Source of the DNA: a virus
Direction: 5' to 3' (one strand)
Virus genome (UHGV): UHGV-1370948
DNA length: 64,000 bases
Positions within the stretch are counted from its first letter, which is position 1; each line of letters begins with the position of its first letter. The translations under genes were made by a program, and so were the position numbers. Below the pieces are notes generated by a model. That model did not search any database. It saw only the letters and a list, made by a program, of their open reading frames with translations, and was not told the DNA's origin. Positions 40,587 through 51,008 of the stretch are shown here, one piece after another.

Positions 40587-40921
40587 AAAAGATTATTGCA
40601 GCCTCTATGATCCTCTTCTCATCCGTGGCGTTTGGAGAGAGTGAGACCGTCATGAAGTGCCAGATGAACATTATGCGTATAAGCAGCGGAAAAATGATCG
40701 GAGATCCGCATCAGTTGGCGGAGGCGATTCTGACAGCGGATACGCGACAGTTCTATGCTGTCATCGGTGAGCGAATCATCAGTTCACCAATACTTTCAGA
40801 GCAAAAAGGTGGTTTAGCCGCATACCAAGCTGGCGCCGCTTACTTTATGCGTAAAGACACCTTTGGTGTTATTTATGATGACTTCGGATATGTGTTTGAT
40901 GAATGTGAAAAGGTTGCGTAA
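40583..40921 (+). CDS. secreted hypothetical protein
   Basis: MKKIIAASMILFSSVAFGE signal peptide. Confidence 0.4.
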   Translation: MKKIIAASMILFSSVAFGESETVMKCQMNIMRISSGKMIGDPHQLAEAILTADTRQFYAVIGERIISSPILSEQKGGLAAYQAGAAYFMRKDTFGVIYDDFGYVFDECEKVA

Positions 40922-41136
40922 TGAACAACATCGCTAACAGCATGGAAATTGAAAAAATAAGACCATACTGGCGTGCAAAAGGATTTACTCGCCCGGAAGA
41001 CTTCTCAACAAGACTGGAGCGTGACGACTGCCAGATTGTGTACCGCTATCGTTCGTGGCAGATGATTGAAATCGGCGAGACAAAAGCAAAGGCTAAATCA
41101 CATCGCCTCTACAACCTTCTGTCTTCAATCACCTGA
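40921..41136 (+). CDS. hypothetical protein
   Basis: 71-aa ORF. Confidence 0.3.
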   Translation: MNNIANSMEIEKIRPYWRAKGFTRPEDFSTRLERDDCQIVYRYRSWQMIEIGETKAKAKSHRLYNLLSSIT

Positions 41137-41244
41137 CATTAGATAAATTGTTAGTGGTTACTAACCCTTTGATATCAACATCTCACAGGTTAGTAACCAC
41201 TAGGGGGCTAAATGGAACCCTCTAAAAATGAATCCTGATCGAAG

Positions 41245-41501
41245 TCACCGCTGACGGCATAGTGTACCGCTAACAGCATATCAATTACCGCTGGTAACAT
41301 ACATTGAGCCGCTGACAGCATATCCACAACCGCTGACAGCATACGAAATAAAAAAGCCCTCTATTCGAGGGCTTAAATTTGGTGTGAATAAACGATTCCA
41401 GACCTTCCTAATCACCGCTGACAGCATATCTAATAGTCAAATCACCGCTGGCAGCATACCATTTGCCGTTCACAGCATATATTGCACCGCTCAGAGCATA
41501 T
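41245..41501. repeat. nine direct iterons (consensus ~CACCGCTGACAGCATA) downstream of repA (incA-like)
   Basis: Copies at 41245, 41265, 41287, 41308, 41329, 41412, 41442, 41464, 41486; hairpin 41354-41374 splits the array. Confidence 0.8.
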
Positions 41502-42613
41502 CAAAGCAACTTCAGACCGTTACTAAGTATCTCAATTAGCTTTATATTCTCAGGCGTCAAATCTGCAGAAAGTTCAGCTATCTTCTTGATCATGTTTTGT
41601 TTTACGACGTCCAGCTCGCCGCTCTCTTGTGGCCCTTCCACTTGCTCTGCAGGCTTCTCAGGCTTCGACGGTTTCTCTTCACCAATGACTTTAAGTTTCG
41701 GGTTGCGTCCATGAATCTGAATAAATACAGAGCGACCACGCTTCACCTCTGAGTAATCGAGGTAGCCAAGCTCTTTAAGAGACTTCAGACCGTTTCGAAT
41801 GGTCTGATTTTGGGAGCTGATGCTTGAGCTATTCAGATTCAACCTCGCACGCAAACGAGCCAGAGATATTGGCGCCGGCCGCGCCGGAAGACTTTCAATG
41901 AAGGTGTATAGCGCCTGGGCGGTTTCTTTACGTGGAAGTTTGTTGATGACCTTCAGTTGGAGAAGAACTTTGTGGTCAAACCGGTATAGCTCTGACAGCT
42001 TTGGTTCGGCGTGAAATATGATGGTGTTATTTTTCTCATTGTAATCCACGCTATTCACCAGATGAACCATGAGCAGAGATATCTTGTTCGAGCCGTCCAC
42101 GTTCTTCTCTTCGTATGTGCGCTGGAACGAAAGCGTTGTGCGCATTATCTTCAGCAGGCTGTTCGTAATCCTGTCTCGCAGCGTCTTGCGTATCTGGGAA
42201 GATGGATACCCACAGAACTTGGCAAACTTCGTGATGCTTAGCTCAACGCGCCCACTGGCCTCCCCATACTCGGCAAGTGATCGGACGACACCAACCCACG
42301 TCTTGAAGTCGTGATCCATATCGAGACGTGGACCGGTTATTTTGATATCGGAATAACCCTCAGATCTCGCAACCTCCAGTTGCACCAGTTCTTTTGAGGC
42401 GTCTATCTGGTTGGAGTTATTTCGTTTACTATTCTTCGTGCCTTTGAGCGTGGGAACGAACAATCCAAGTCTCATCAACGCAATGGGTTGTACGGTATTG
42501 TTGCTGTTAGGGGTGAGGTCGCCTGTGAATAACGCCGGAACACTTTCGTCGATCGCGTCATCATCATCGATTAACGGTATGTTTTCTTTCTTCTTTTTTT
42601 TGCCTGTGGACAT
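41501..42613 (-). CDS. repA: iteron-binding replication initiator RepA (P1 RepA-like)
   Basis: NSNNTVQPIALMRLGLFVP and YTFIESLP segments recalled from P1 RepA; flanked by iterons on both sides. Confidence 0.65.
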   Translation of the reverse strand: MSTGKKKKKENIPLIDDDDAIDESVPALFTGDLTPNSNNTVQPIALMRLGLFVPTLKGTKNSKRNNSNQIDASKELVQLEVARSEGYSDIKITGPRLDMDHDFKTWVGVVRSLAEYGEASGRVELSITKFAKFCGYPSSQIRKTLRDRITNSLLKIMRTTLSFQRTYEEKNVDGSNKISLLMVHLVNSVDYNEKNNTIIFHAEPKLSELYRFDHKVLLQLKVINKLPRKETAQALYTFIESLPARPAPISLARLRARLNLNSSSISSQNQTIRNGLKSLKELGYLDYSEVKRGRSVFIQIHGRNPKLKVIGEEKPSKPEKPAEQVEGPQESGELDVVKQNMIKKIAELSADLTPENIKLIEILSNGLKLL

Positions 42614-42632
42614 GTGGACACCTCATTGCTTA

Positions 42633-42734
42633 AACCGCTGGTAGCATACTTCATTTACCGTTAGCAGCATACACAAAACAGTCCACAGCATATCGCACGC
42701 CGCTCGCAGCATATATTTTTCCGCTGACAGCATA
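42633..42734. repeat. five direct iterons upstream of repA (origin iterons)
   Basis: Copies at 42633, 42656, 42679, 42698, 42720. Confidence 0.75.
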
Positions 42735-42775
42735 CGCCAATGGTCTTTCAGAGCAGGCGTGGCGCGGGTTGCGAG

Positions 42776-42856
42776 GATCGGGGATCTCTTTTGATCTAAT
42801 GTATGATCTATATAGGGATCTTATTATTGGGATCTATCCAGTTGATATGTGGATAA
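42776..42856. promoter_or_regulatory. origin-like AT-rich region with six GATC sites in 59 bp and consensus DnaA box TGTGGATAA (42848-42856)
   Basis: GATC at 42776, 42783, 42793, 42805, 42817, 42831. Confidence 0.6.
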
Positions 42857-42929
42857 CTTTTCAAGGCATTTTAGTACGTGAGCCTTGTTTTTGGTTTAAT
42901 GTGATAAAAAATACAAGGCCAAGCATCAA

Positions 42930-43577
42930 ATGAATATCAAACAGTCGCGTTACATCAGAAGACTTGAAGATGGGACTTACACCATCAAGTCTGACTCTAA
43001 ACTGGTTGCTTCCAGGGACATGTGTGAGGTTTGCGGCATCAAAACCGCCTGCCCGATCTACAAAACCCGGGCATCACTGCTGGAACAAGGTGCGTCATTT
43101 GAAATCAACACATGCGCACGATACGTTCCACTCATTTCCTTCAGAAAACCTTATCTTGGCTTAAAGGAAGCTTACTTCAACACAATGCGCAGCGGCGTAA
43201 CCTGGGTCAACCGCGTCAGTGAAAATTCTGTCGTTTGTCTGGTTGGCGCTGAGAACGGCGAGATAATTCGCTTTGCTCGCGTCGCGAAGGTATTCTCTGG
43301 CCCCGTCGACAAAATGCTCAAGATAAACGCCAGGTTCAACCATCTGTGTCTCGGCGGCAAAACGCAGGATGAGGTAAGAACCGTTATTCAAAAGTCATAC
43401 GGTCACTTCTTAAAAGAAGACAGCTTGCTGACGGTGATCTACCTGAAAAGCCTAAAGCACGAGTACGATTGGGAGTATCATACCGAAGAAGAAATCCGAA
43501 TGATGGAGGACATCACCCCTCCAGATAACGTCGTGAGTCTCGATGAGTTAAGACGCAGGTTCGAAGAGAAGATTTAA
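42930..43577 (+). CDS. hypothetical protein
   Basis: 215-aa ORF. Confidence 0.4.
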   Translation: MNIKQSRYIRRLEDGTYTIKSDSKLVASRDMCEVCGIKTACPIYKTRASLLEQGASFEINTCARYVPLISFRKPYLGLKEAYFNTMRSGVTWVNRVSENSVVCLVGAENGEIIRFARVAKVFSGPVDKMLKINARFNHLCLGGKTQDEVRTVIQKSYGHFLKEDSLLTVIYLKSLKHEYDWEYHTEEEIRMMEDITPPDNVVSLDELRRRFEEKI

Positions 43578-43812
43578 CCGCGCATATTCCTCCCCCTCCG
43601 CTATTGTGAGGGGTTTTCTCGCCCAACCCAAACATTCCCCCAACTTAATCACAAAACCTCACTGAGAGCGTCTGGTGGCCTCGCTCCTTCCTTTATGATG
43701 AAAAATAGATAAGCATTTACTTATCTAATGGTGTTTAATATGCACCTGATGAAGTCGCTTGGTGGCCTGTTAACCCACTCTATCATCGAATAAAACAACA
43801 ACAGGAAAACAC

Positions 43813-44898
43813 ATGAAAACGATATACGGTGTGATTTCAGACCCACACTATCATAGCTGGTCTGCGTTCTCGACAATCAGCGTCAGCGGTCTGAATTCTC
43901 GTTTAAAAATTCAGCTCGATGCAACCATCGAGGCGGCAAAAGCGATCAAAGCTTCTGGCGCAAAATACATGTTTGTTGCCGGCGACACATTCCATACGCG
44001 CGGCTCTATAACGCCTTCCGTACTCCACTTCGTCACTGAAGCATACAAAACCATCATTAACGAAATCGGTCTGGAAGTCTGGATGCTGGCAGGCAATCAC
44101 GATCTGGAAACCAATGACTCAGTATTTTCGGCAAATGCGGCAGCATCATTGCAGTCAATTGGCGTAAACATCGTTTGTGGCCCGGCCCAGAGCGTGAAAA
44201 TTGATGATGTAACAGTCCACTTTATCAGCTGGCGTAACAGTCATGCCGAACTGCTGGCGGATATGAAATCGCTTCGTGAGAAAGCTGGTGCCGGAATCCA
44301 CGACATCGTGATCCACACAGGTATCAACAAAGCCATTCCGACAATGCCAGACGTTGGCATTGAGGCGAATGATTTGAAGGAACTCGGCTTCCGTCTGGTT
44401 CTTTCCGGCCACTATCACAATCACAAAGAGATAATCCCTGGTGTCGTGTCAGTCGGTGCGTTAACCCACCAGAATTGGGGCGACGTTGGTACGTTGGCCG
44501 GGTTCATGTTGGTTCAGGAAGACGGTTCATTCACGCAGCACGAAACATCGGCACCGAAGTTTGTATCTCTGGAAGGCGATGTGACTGAAGACGATATTCG
44601 CGGCAATTATGTTCGCTATCGCGCAGTCATTGAGAACGACGCCGAGGCAGTGCAAATAAAAGAGCAACTGGCGACGCTGGGTGCCGCGGGTGTTGTGACA
44701 AATCTCATCAAAAAAGCGTCGATGATGGCTGGAACTGCAAGCACCGAATCCACCAGCAAAATCGACAGTCTCTCTGAATCAATCAGTGCCTACTGCAAGG
44801 TTGTCCACGATACGGATGGCGGCTTCGATCTGGCTAAGCTCGACTCACTATGCAACGAAATCCTATTAGAAGCGGAAAGCGCGGGGACGTCTGAATGA
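43813..44898 (+). CDS. Mre11/SbcD-family nuclease
   Basis: Metallophosphoesterase motifs GDTFH, GNHD. Confidence 0.8.
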   Translation: MKTIYGVISDPHYHSWSAFSTISVSGLNSRLKIQLDATIEAAKAIKASGAKYMFVAGDTFHTRGSITPSVLHFVTEAYKTIINEIGLEVWMLAGNHDLETNDSVFSANAAASLQSIGVNIVCGPAQSVKIDDVTVHFISWRNSHAELLADMKSLREKAGAGIHDIVIHTGINKAIPTMPDVGIEANDLKELGFRLVLSGHYHNHKEIIPGVVSVGALTHQNWGDVGTLAGFMLVQEDGSFTQHETSAPKFVSLEGDVTEDDIRGNYVRYRAVIENDAEAVQIKEQLATLGAAGVVTNLIKKASMMAGTASTESTSKIDSLSESISAYCKVVHDTDGGFDLAKLDSLCNEILLEAESAGTSE

Positions 44899-46811
44899 AA
44901 TTCCTAAATCTGAAAGTTGAAAACTTTATGGTCATTGCTGAGGCCAGCGTTGATTTGGATAGCCGAGGCTTGGTTCTGATTCAGGGCATTAACGCCGCGG
45001 ACTCCAGTGCAGCGAGTAATGGCGCCGGCAAATCAACGCTGATGAATGCTTTGATGTGGTGTTTGTACGGGGAAACAGCCACTGGATACAAGGGCGATGA
45101 CGTTCTGAACTCAACGACGCCAAAGAACTGCCGCGTTTCCGTGACCATTGAAGACGAAGGTAAGCAATATGCGGTAATTCGTCACCGTGCTCACAAAGAA
45201 TTCAAAAATCGTCTCATTGTCCGCAGTGAAGACGGTGATTTGACCAAAGGCAAGGACACGCTGACTCAGGAACTGGTTGAGCGGCTGATCGGCTCTTCGA
45301 AAGAAGTATTCATGGCATCCATCTATGCCAGTCAGGAAGCCATGCCGGATTTACCAGGTATGACGGATAAAAACCTGAAGGCAATTGTTGAAGAAGCAGC
45401 TGGCATCGACCGTCTGACAAAGGCTTATGCTATCGCTCGCGACAGAGCTAATGCGATGAGCGCTCGACTGGACAGAGCAAACGCACAAGCCGAAAGCACA
45501 GTGTCGCTTATCACTTCGACAGAGACAGAGATTGAGACCAGTACAGCAGCAGCCGAGGCGTGGGAGAGAACGCGTTCCGTTCGTCTCGACGAAGCACGAG
45601 CTGAAGCGACTATGATCGAAGTCAAGGTAACAGAGGCCAGCATGGAAATGGCCGACATCCCGGCCACCATCAGCAAAATTGAGAATCAAATCACGGATGA
45701 AAAGAAAAAGCTTTCCGGCAGGGCTGAACATGATAAGAAAGTTCAGGCAGCGAACACAATGGTGGCTGATGCAGCGGCGGAGATCCGAGCGACTGAATCA
45801 GCCCGCGACAGAGCCGTTAGCGCAGCAAAAAAAGCCAAGCTGAATGCGGATAATGTCAATTCAAGCGTAGGCAAGCCATGTTCGACGTGCGGTAAGCCAT
45901 ACACTAGCGGTGATCTGTCTCACGTTCATGACAACTACGTCGGCGAAGTCCGTAAGTATGTAGGCGAAGCTAAATCACTAACAGCGGATTTAGCGGCCAA
46001 AACGGAGCGTCACGATAAAATCGTCGTGCTGCGTGATCGTCTTGTCGCCTCGACCCCCGACGTCTCCGCAATCACTGAGCGCATTTCTGAGCTTACCCGT
46101 AGTCTGGGTAACGTAAAGTCACGACAAGTTGAAATAAAAGCGGCAGAGAGTGCTCTGGCTCGCGCAAACGCACAAGTGAAAGCGATCTCGGAAGAAGTTA
46201 ACCCTCACAATGCAGCCATTTCCCGTCATCGCGAAAATCTGGCAATCCACAAAGAGAAGCTGAAAGAGATCCGACGCGAAATCGAAGGGATGAAAGATCA
46301 GGCACTGCTGCTTGAGAAGGCGCGTCAGGTTTACTCTCCGGCCGGAGTTCGTTCACATATTCTGACGGCGGTAACACCATTCCTGAACGATAAAACGGCG
46401 GAATATCTGAGCACGATGTCGGACGGCAACATCTCTGCCATCTGGTCGACGATGGATACCACGAAGAAAGGAGAGATCCGCGACAAATTCAACATTGCCG
46501 TTGAGAAGACCGGATTCAGTAAAGACTTCCGCGGTCTGTCCGGTGGTGAAAAGCGGAAAGTGCGTCTGGCTTGTGCGCTGGCTCTTCAGGATATGGTCGC
46601 GAACCGGGCCAGCAAAAGCATTCAGTTGTTTATCGGCGATGAGATCGATGATGCACTGGATTCGGCGGGACTTGAGCGTCTGATGGGGATTCTGGAAGCG
46701 AAGGCGCGTGAGCGTGGTACGGTGATGATCGTCTCGCACAAGGAGATGAAGTCGTGGTTCCGCGAAACGGTGACGCTGGAAGTCAAAGAGGGCCGCAGCT
46801 ATGTCGTTTAA
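44895..46811 (+). CDS. Rad50/SbcC-family ATPase
   Basis: Walker A NGAGKST, CxxC zinc hook CSTCGKP in coiled coil, ABC signature LSGGEKRKV. Confidence 0.8.
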   Translation: MKFLNLKVENFMVIAEASVDLDSRGLVLIQGINAADSSAASNGAGKSTLMNALMWCLYGETATGYKGDDVLNSTTPKNCRVSVTIEDEGKQYAVIRHRAHKEFKNRLIVRSEDGDLTKGKDTLTQELVERLIGSSKEVFMASIYASQEAMPDLPGMTDKNLKAIVEEAAGIDRLTKAYAIARDRANAMSARLDRANAQAESTVSLITSTETEIETSTAAAEAWERTRSVRLDEARAEATMIEVKVTEASMEMADIPATISKIENQITDEKKKLSGRAEHDKKVQAANTMVADAAAEIRATESARDRAVSAAKKAKLNADNVNSSVGKPCSTCGKPYTSGDLSHVHDNYVGEVRKYVGEAKSLTADLAAKTERHDKIVVLRDRLVASTPDVSAITERISELTRSLGNVKSRQVEIKAAESALARANAQVKAISEEVNPHNAAISRHRENLAIHKEKLKEIRREIEGMKDQALLLEKARQVYSPAGVRSHILTAVTPFLNDKTAEYLSTMSDGNISAIWSTMDTTKKGEIRDKFNIAVEKTGFSKDFRGLSGGEKRKVRLACALALQDMVANRASKSIQLFIGDEIDDALDSAGLERLMGILEAKARERGTVMIVSHKEMKSWFRETVTLEVKEGRSYVV

Positions 46812-47499
46812 TCCGACAGGCAATCAGTTTGGTCAGATCGTTACCTGCGTTGCTGCAGCGCGGGTAATGGCTATGCGTTTTGGCGGTATTGTAGACTTCG
46901 GTTCTTTCACAAGCCATTACAAAGACAAGCTGACACACCAGCGCATTGCCGAGACAAGCGAAGCTCTGTTTGACGCTCAATGGATAGGCGATTCATCGCT
47001 TGTTTACATGGGGAATGTATTTGGTGTCGATCATATGGGCGACAGCATCATCATTTCGAGCAAGGAAGACACTGATATTGTCTTTAACCCGGTGAAGTCC
47101 GTCAAAATGTCTGGCCGTATCCAGCATATGAGCGCAAGGATGGCTGTTCGCCGCGTTCAGAATGACATGGCTCGATTTGGGCAACGACATAAATCAAAGG
47201 CATTTTCGAAGGTGGAGATGCCGGTAACGCTGATTAGCGATGGTGTTCTGCACTTCGGCATATGCTTCGATGACAAAGTTGAAACAGGTTTCATCGTGTC
47301 GGCTGCTGACCCAGATGACGCAAATGAAAGCCTTCAGTACGCCAGTGAAACTATGAAAAAACTGGCCGTTTGTATCACTGAAATATGGCCCGATATCATT
47401 GCCGGCTTCTCAGAAATTCGGGCATCGGACTGCGAACTTGATGAATTTAGCGAGGTGAGAGAGCTTCGAAAAGCTAACCCCATTTGGGGAACGTGGTAA
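46801..47499 (+). CDS. hypothetical protein
   Basis: 232-aa ORF. Confidence 0.4.
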   Translation: MSFNPTGNQFGQIVTCVAAARVMAMRFGGIVDFGSFTSHYKDKLTHQRIAETSEALFDAQWIGDSSLVYMGNVFGVDHMGDSIIISSKEDTDIVFNPVKSVKMSGRIQHMSARMAVRRVQNDMARFGQRHKSKAFSKVEMPVTLISDGVLHFGICFDDKVETGFIVSAADPDDANESLQYASETMKKLAVCITEIWPDIIAGFSEIRASDCELDEFSEVRELRKANPIWGTW

Positions 47500-47515
47500 C
47501 AACAAAGGAAAGCAC

Positions 47516-48088
47516 ATGAGTAATAAAATTATTAAATTCGCCGGGTTTGACCCAAGTCTTCGCAACTTTGGGATCGTCACTGGCTCATTAAACCTCGATA
47601 CGTCAGAAGTGTCCGATGTGTCAATAAAACTGATTGAAACAGAGGCTACTTCAGCAAAAAAAACTGTTCGAACCAATAGCGATGATCTGCGTCGGGCGAA
47701 CGAAATATGGCGAGGCATTAAGCCAATCGTTGATAGCGTAAATATCGTGTTTGCAGAGCTGCCTGTGGGTAGCCAGTCTTCCCGCGCCCAAACGTCATAC
47801 GGCCTGTGTCTCGGCGTTCTGGCGTGTATCGATAAACCCATTATTCAGTTGACACCAAATGACATCAAAATGCATATCGGCGGAAAAAAAGACACCTCCA
47901 AAAACACCATCATTGAATGGGCGGTATCTAAGCATCCGGATGCTGGCTGGTTTACGAAGAAGGTTAAAGGTGAAGTGAGTATTGTCAGCAAAAACGAACA
48001 TCCGGCCGACGCATTGGCTGCGGTTTATACCGGACTGGAGACGGATCAATACCGTCAAGCTGTCTCTATGATGAGAGCATTCTTTTAA
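47516..48088 (+). CDS. RuvC-like Holliday junction resolvase
   Basis: FAGFDPSLRNFGIV, AELP, EHPADALAAV acidic/His catalytic pattern. Confidence 0.5.
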   Translation: MSNKIIKFAGFDPSLRNFGIVTGSLNLDTSEVSDVSIKLIETEATSAKKTVRTNSDDLRRANEIWRGIKPIVDSVNIVFAELPVGSQSSRAQTSYGLCLGVLACIDKPIIQLTPNDIKMHIGGKKDTSKNTIIEWAVSKHPDAGWFTKKVKGEVSIVSKNEHPADALAAVYTGLETDQYRQAVSMMRAFF

Positions 48089-48128
48089 GTTAGCTTTATT
48101 GATAAGTAAGAGTTTACTTATTACTATA

Positions 48129-48158
48129 GGCCACTACATTTAGTGGCCTTTTTCTTTT
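48129..48158 (+). terminator. rho-independent terminator
   Basis: ggccact-acattt-agtggcc + T-run. Confidence 0.6.
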
Positions 48159-48168
48159 GGATAACAAC

Positions 48169-50496
48169 ATGATTCGAATCATCAAACGGAATGGCAGTGT
48201 CGAAGCACTGTCTGAAGAGAAGTATAACCGCGTCGTTATGTGGGCAACGGACGGTGTTGATGGCGTAAGCGCCTCTGCCGTCGCTATGGGAGCCGCAGCG
48301 AGTATCGTTGACGGCATGACGACAAGCCAAGTACACGACGCTCTAATCAAAGCTGCCGCCGATCTTATCAGTGCCGACACACCTAACTACAGCCAGGTTG
48401 CTGCGCGTCTGAGTATTTTCAAAATTCGCAAAGATGCCCACGGCCAATACGAATACCCTGACTTCTACGAACACATCCTGAAGAACGTTACTCGCGGCGT
48501 TTATGATGACGAAATCATGCATAAATACAGCTGCGAAGAGATCGACGAGCTGGGCGCGTACATGAAGCCTGAGCGTGACGACAACTTCGGTTACGCGGCC
48601 ACGACCCAGCTGCGCGGCAAATATCTGGTACAACATCGAGTCAGCGGGGAAATCTATGAGTCACCTCAACATATCTACATGCTGGTGGGCATGTGTCTAT
48701 ATCAGGACTGGGCTGACGGTGATATGGGCAAAACACGGCTGGAAATGGTCAAAGGCTTTTACGATGTCACTAGTACATTCAAGCTGTCGTTACCTACTCC
48801 AATTATGGCCGGTGTCCGCACTCCTACTCGCCAGTTCTCAAGTTGCGTCCTGATCGAGTCCGGTGATTCACTGAAGTCCATCAATGCAACGACCTCGGCC
48901 ATTGTGGAGTACATCTCCCAGCGTGCCGGCATCGGCGTTAACTTCGGTTCTATTCGTGCGCTGGGTAGCCCTATTCGCAACGGTGAAGCGACCCATACAG
49001 GTGTTATTCCGTTCCTGAAGCTGTTCCAGGCGGCTGTTAAGTCCTGTTCTCAAGGTGGTGTCCGCGGTGGTGCGGCAACGGCTTATTATCCGCTATGGCA
49101 TCTGGAGGCGAATAGTTTGCTGGTGCTGAAGAATAACCGTGGTGTCGAAAGTAACCGTGTTCGCCACATGGACTACGGTGTTGAATTGAACCGCTTAATG
49201 TACCGTCGTTTGATCGAGGGTGGAGCTATCACGCTGTTTAGCCCTCATGATGTTCCCGGTCTTCTGAATGCCTTCTATGCTGACCAGGATGAGTTTGAGC
49301 GTCTATATGTTCAGTACGAAAATGACCCGTCAATCCGCAAAGAGTCTGTGCCTGCAGTGGAGCTATTCTCTTCGCTTATGCAGGAACGAGCATCTACCGG
49401 CCGTATCTACATCGCCAACATCGACCATATGAATACGCATGGCGCTTTCGATGAGGCTGTGGCGCCTATTAAGCAATCTAACCTTTGCGCCGAAATTGCC
49501 CTGCCGACTAAGCCGCTGGCATTTACTGACGATCCGAACGGCGAAATCGCGCTGTGTACTCTGTCCGCATTCAATCTTGGCGCTCTTGAGTCTCTGGCAG
49601 ATCTGGAAGAAGTAGCCTTCTACGCTGTCTCTGCGCTGGACTGTCTGCTTGATTATCAGGACTATCCGATGTTTGCGGCGGAAACACCAGCCAAGGCGCG
49701 TCGTAGTTTGGGGATTGGTGTAACCAACTTCGCTTACTGGCTGGCTAAGAACGGTGCAAAGTATTCCGGCGTTGATGGAAACAAACTGGTTCACGAAACA
49801 TTTGAAGCGGTTCAGTTCTATTTGCTGAAGGCCAGTAACCTGCTTGCATCAGATAAGGGAGCGTGCGAATGGTTTAGCCAGACGAAATATGCGAAAGGTT
49901 TGCTGCCTATCGATCACTACCGCAAGCAGCTGGACGCCCCAGAACTGAATGCCAACCACCCTCTTCTTCTGGATTGGGATGGGTTGCGAAAAGATATTGA
50001 GCGATACGGTCTACGCAACTCCACTCTGTCCGCTCAAATGCCCTGTGAGACCTCCAGCCAAATTACCAACTCTACCAATGGCATTGAGCCGCCGCGTGGC
50101 CCGGTATCCGTGAAGTCGTCCAAAGATGGTGTCGTGAAGATGGTCGTGCCGGAATTTTCTCGCATTGGCGACGCTTACGAGTACCTGTGGGACATCGCTG
50201 ATAACTTTGGCTACCTGACCAAAGTGGCGATCATGCAGAAGTTCATCGATCAGTCTATTTCTGCCAATACCAACTATGACCCGACGCGCTTCCCCAATGG
50301 CCGCGTGCCAATGCAAAAGATGCTGACTGATTTGCTGGATGCGTATCGCATGGGGGTGAAGACGCTTTATTACCACAACACCCGCGATGGCGCCGGCGCT
50401 CGCGAAGACGACAAGATCACACATCAGGCGCATCTTCCATCTTCGACCGAATTTGTCGAGGAAGAGGATGAGTGCGGCGGCGCTTGCAAAATCTGA
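48169..50496 (+). CDS. nrdA: ribonucleoside-diphosphate reductase alpha (class Ia) with ATP-cone
   Basis: N-terminal ATP-cone MIRIIKRNGS, C-terminal CGGACKI. Confidence 0.9.
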   Translation: MIRIIKRNGSVEALSEEKYNRVVMWATDGVDGVSASAVAMGAAASIVDGMTTSQVHDALIKAAADLISADTPNYSQVAARLSIFKIRKDAHGQYEYPDFYEHILKNVTRGVYDDEIMHKYSCEEIDELGAYMKPERDDNFGYAATTQLRGKYLVQHRVSGEIYESPQHIYMLVGMCLYQDWADGDMGKTRLEMVKGFYDVTSTFKLSLPTPIMAGVRTPTRQFSSCVLIESGDSLKSINATTSAIVEYISQRAGIGVNFGSIRALGSPIRNGEATHTGVIPFLKLFQAAVKSCSQGGVRGGAATAYYPLWHLEANSLLVLKNNRGVESNRVRHMDYGVELNRLMYRRLIEGGAITLFSPHDVPGLLNAFYADQDEFERLYVQYENDPSIRKESVPAVELFSSLMQERASTGRIYIANIDHMNTHGAFDEAVAPIKQSNLCAEIALPTKPLAFTDDPNGEIALCTLSAFNLGALESLADLEEVAFYAVSALDCLLDYQDYPMFAAETPAKARRSLGIGVTNFAYWLAKNGAKYSGVDGNKLVHETFEAVQFYLLKASNLLASDKGACEWFSQTKYAKGLLPIDHYRKQLDAPELNANHPLLLDWDGLRKDIERYGLRNSTLSAQMPCETSSQITNSTNGIEPPRGPVSVKSSKDGVVKMVVPEFSRIGDAYEYLWDIADNFGYLTKVAIMQKFIDQSISANTNYDPTRFPNGRVPMQKMLTDLLDAYRMGVKTLYYHNTRDGAGAREDDKITHQAHLPSSTEFVEEEDECGGACKI

Positions 50497-50502
50497 TAAC
50501 TA

Positions 50503-50527
50503 GGTGGGCGAAAGCCCGCCTTTCTTC
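50503..50527 (+). terminator. rho-independent terminator
   Basis: ggtgggcg-aaa-gcccgcc + T-rich. Confidence 0.6.
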
Positions 50528-50590
50528 TCTGTTTGAGAGCCTGCTAAGCCCACATACCATTACGTTACTGACAACTGAAGCGAATAAAAA

Positions 50591-50995
50591 ATGACTGTTT
50601 ACGATCTGTCTGAGTTCGAAATCAACATCCGCCTGGCGAAGTTGATGAAATTGCAGGTTCAGGAAATTGATGACAGCCGATCAACCGGCATGACGTCGTG
50701 GTATCACCACCAGATGCCGCATACAGTCTGGGTTACGGACGGCGAATCACCGTGGCGCCAGTTTTGCGCGACGCGTTCATGGGAAGACATTGGCCCGGTG
50801 ATAACAGATTTGCAGATCGCGCTTATTCCAGAAGCCCACGAAGGTCGTTTAGGCACTGAAGACTCTGAAATGTGGGGTGCAAACGTCTATTACTCTGGCG
50901 GCGAAGAGTTTACTACTCGATATGTCCAGCGACCTGAGCTGGCCGCGTCTATTGCCGCACTTGTCGCGTTAAGCGGCACTGAATTTATTAAATAA
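50591..50995 (+). CDS. hypothetical protein between nrdA and nrdB
   Basis: 134-aa ORF. Confidence 0.4.
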   Translation: MTVYDLSEFEINIRLAKLMKLQVQEIDDSRSTGMTSWYHHQMPHTVWVTDGESPWRQFCATRSWEDIGPVITDLQIALIPEAHEGRLGTEDSEMWGANVYYSGGEEFTTRYVQRPELAASIAALVALSGTEFIK

Positions 50996-51008
50996 CAAAG
51001 GAAAACAC

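Noticed and set aside
41245-42734. Direct-repeat arrays considered as a CRISPR array
   Set aside because: The repeats are about 15-17 nt, imperfect, and irregularly spaced with tiny spacers. They flank a rep initiator gene on both sides, which fits plasmid iterons and not CRISPR.
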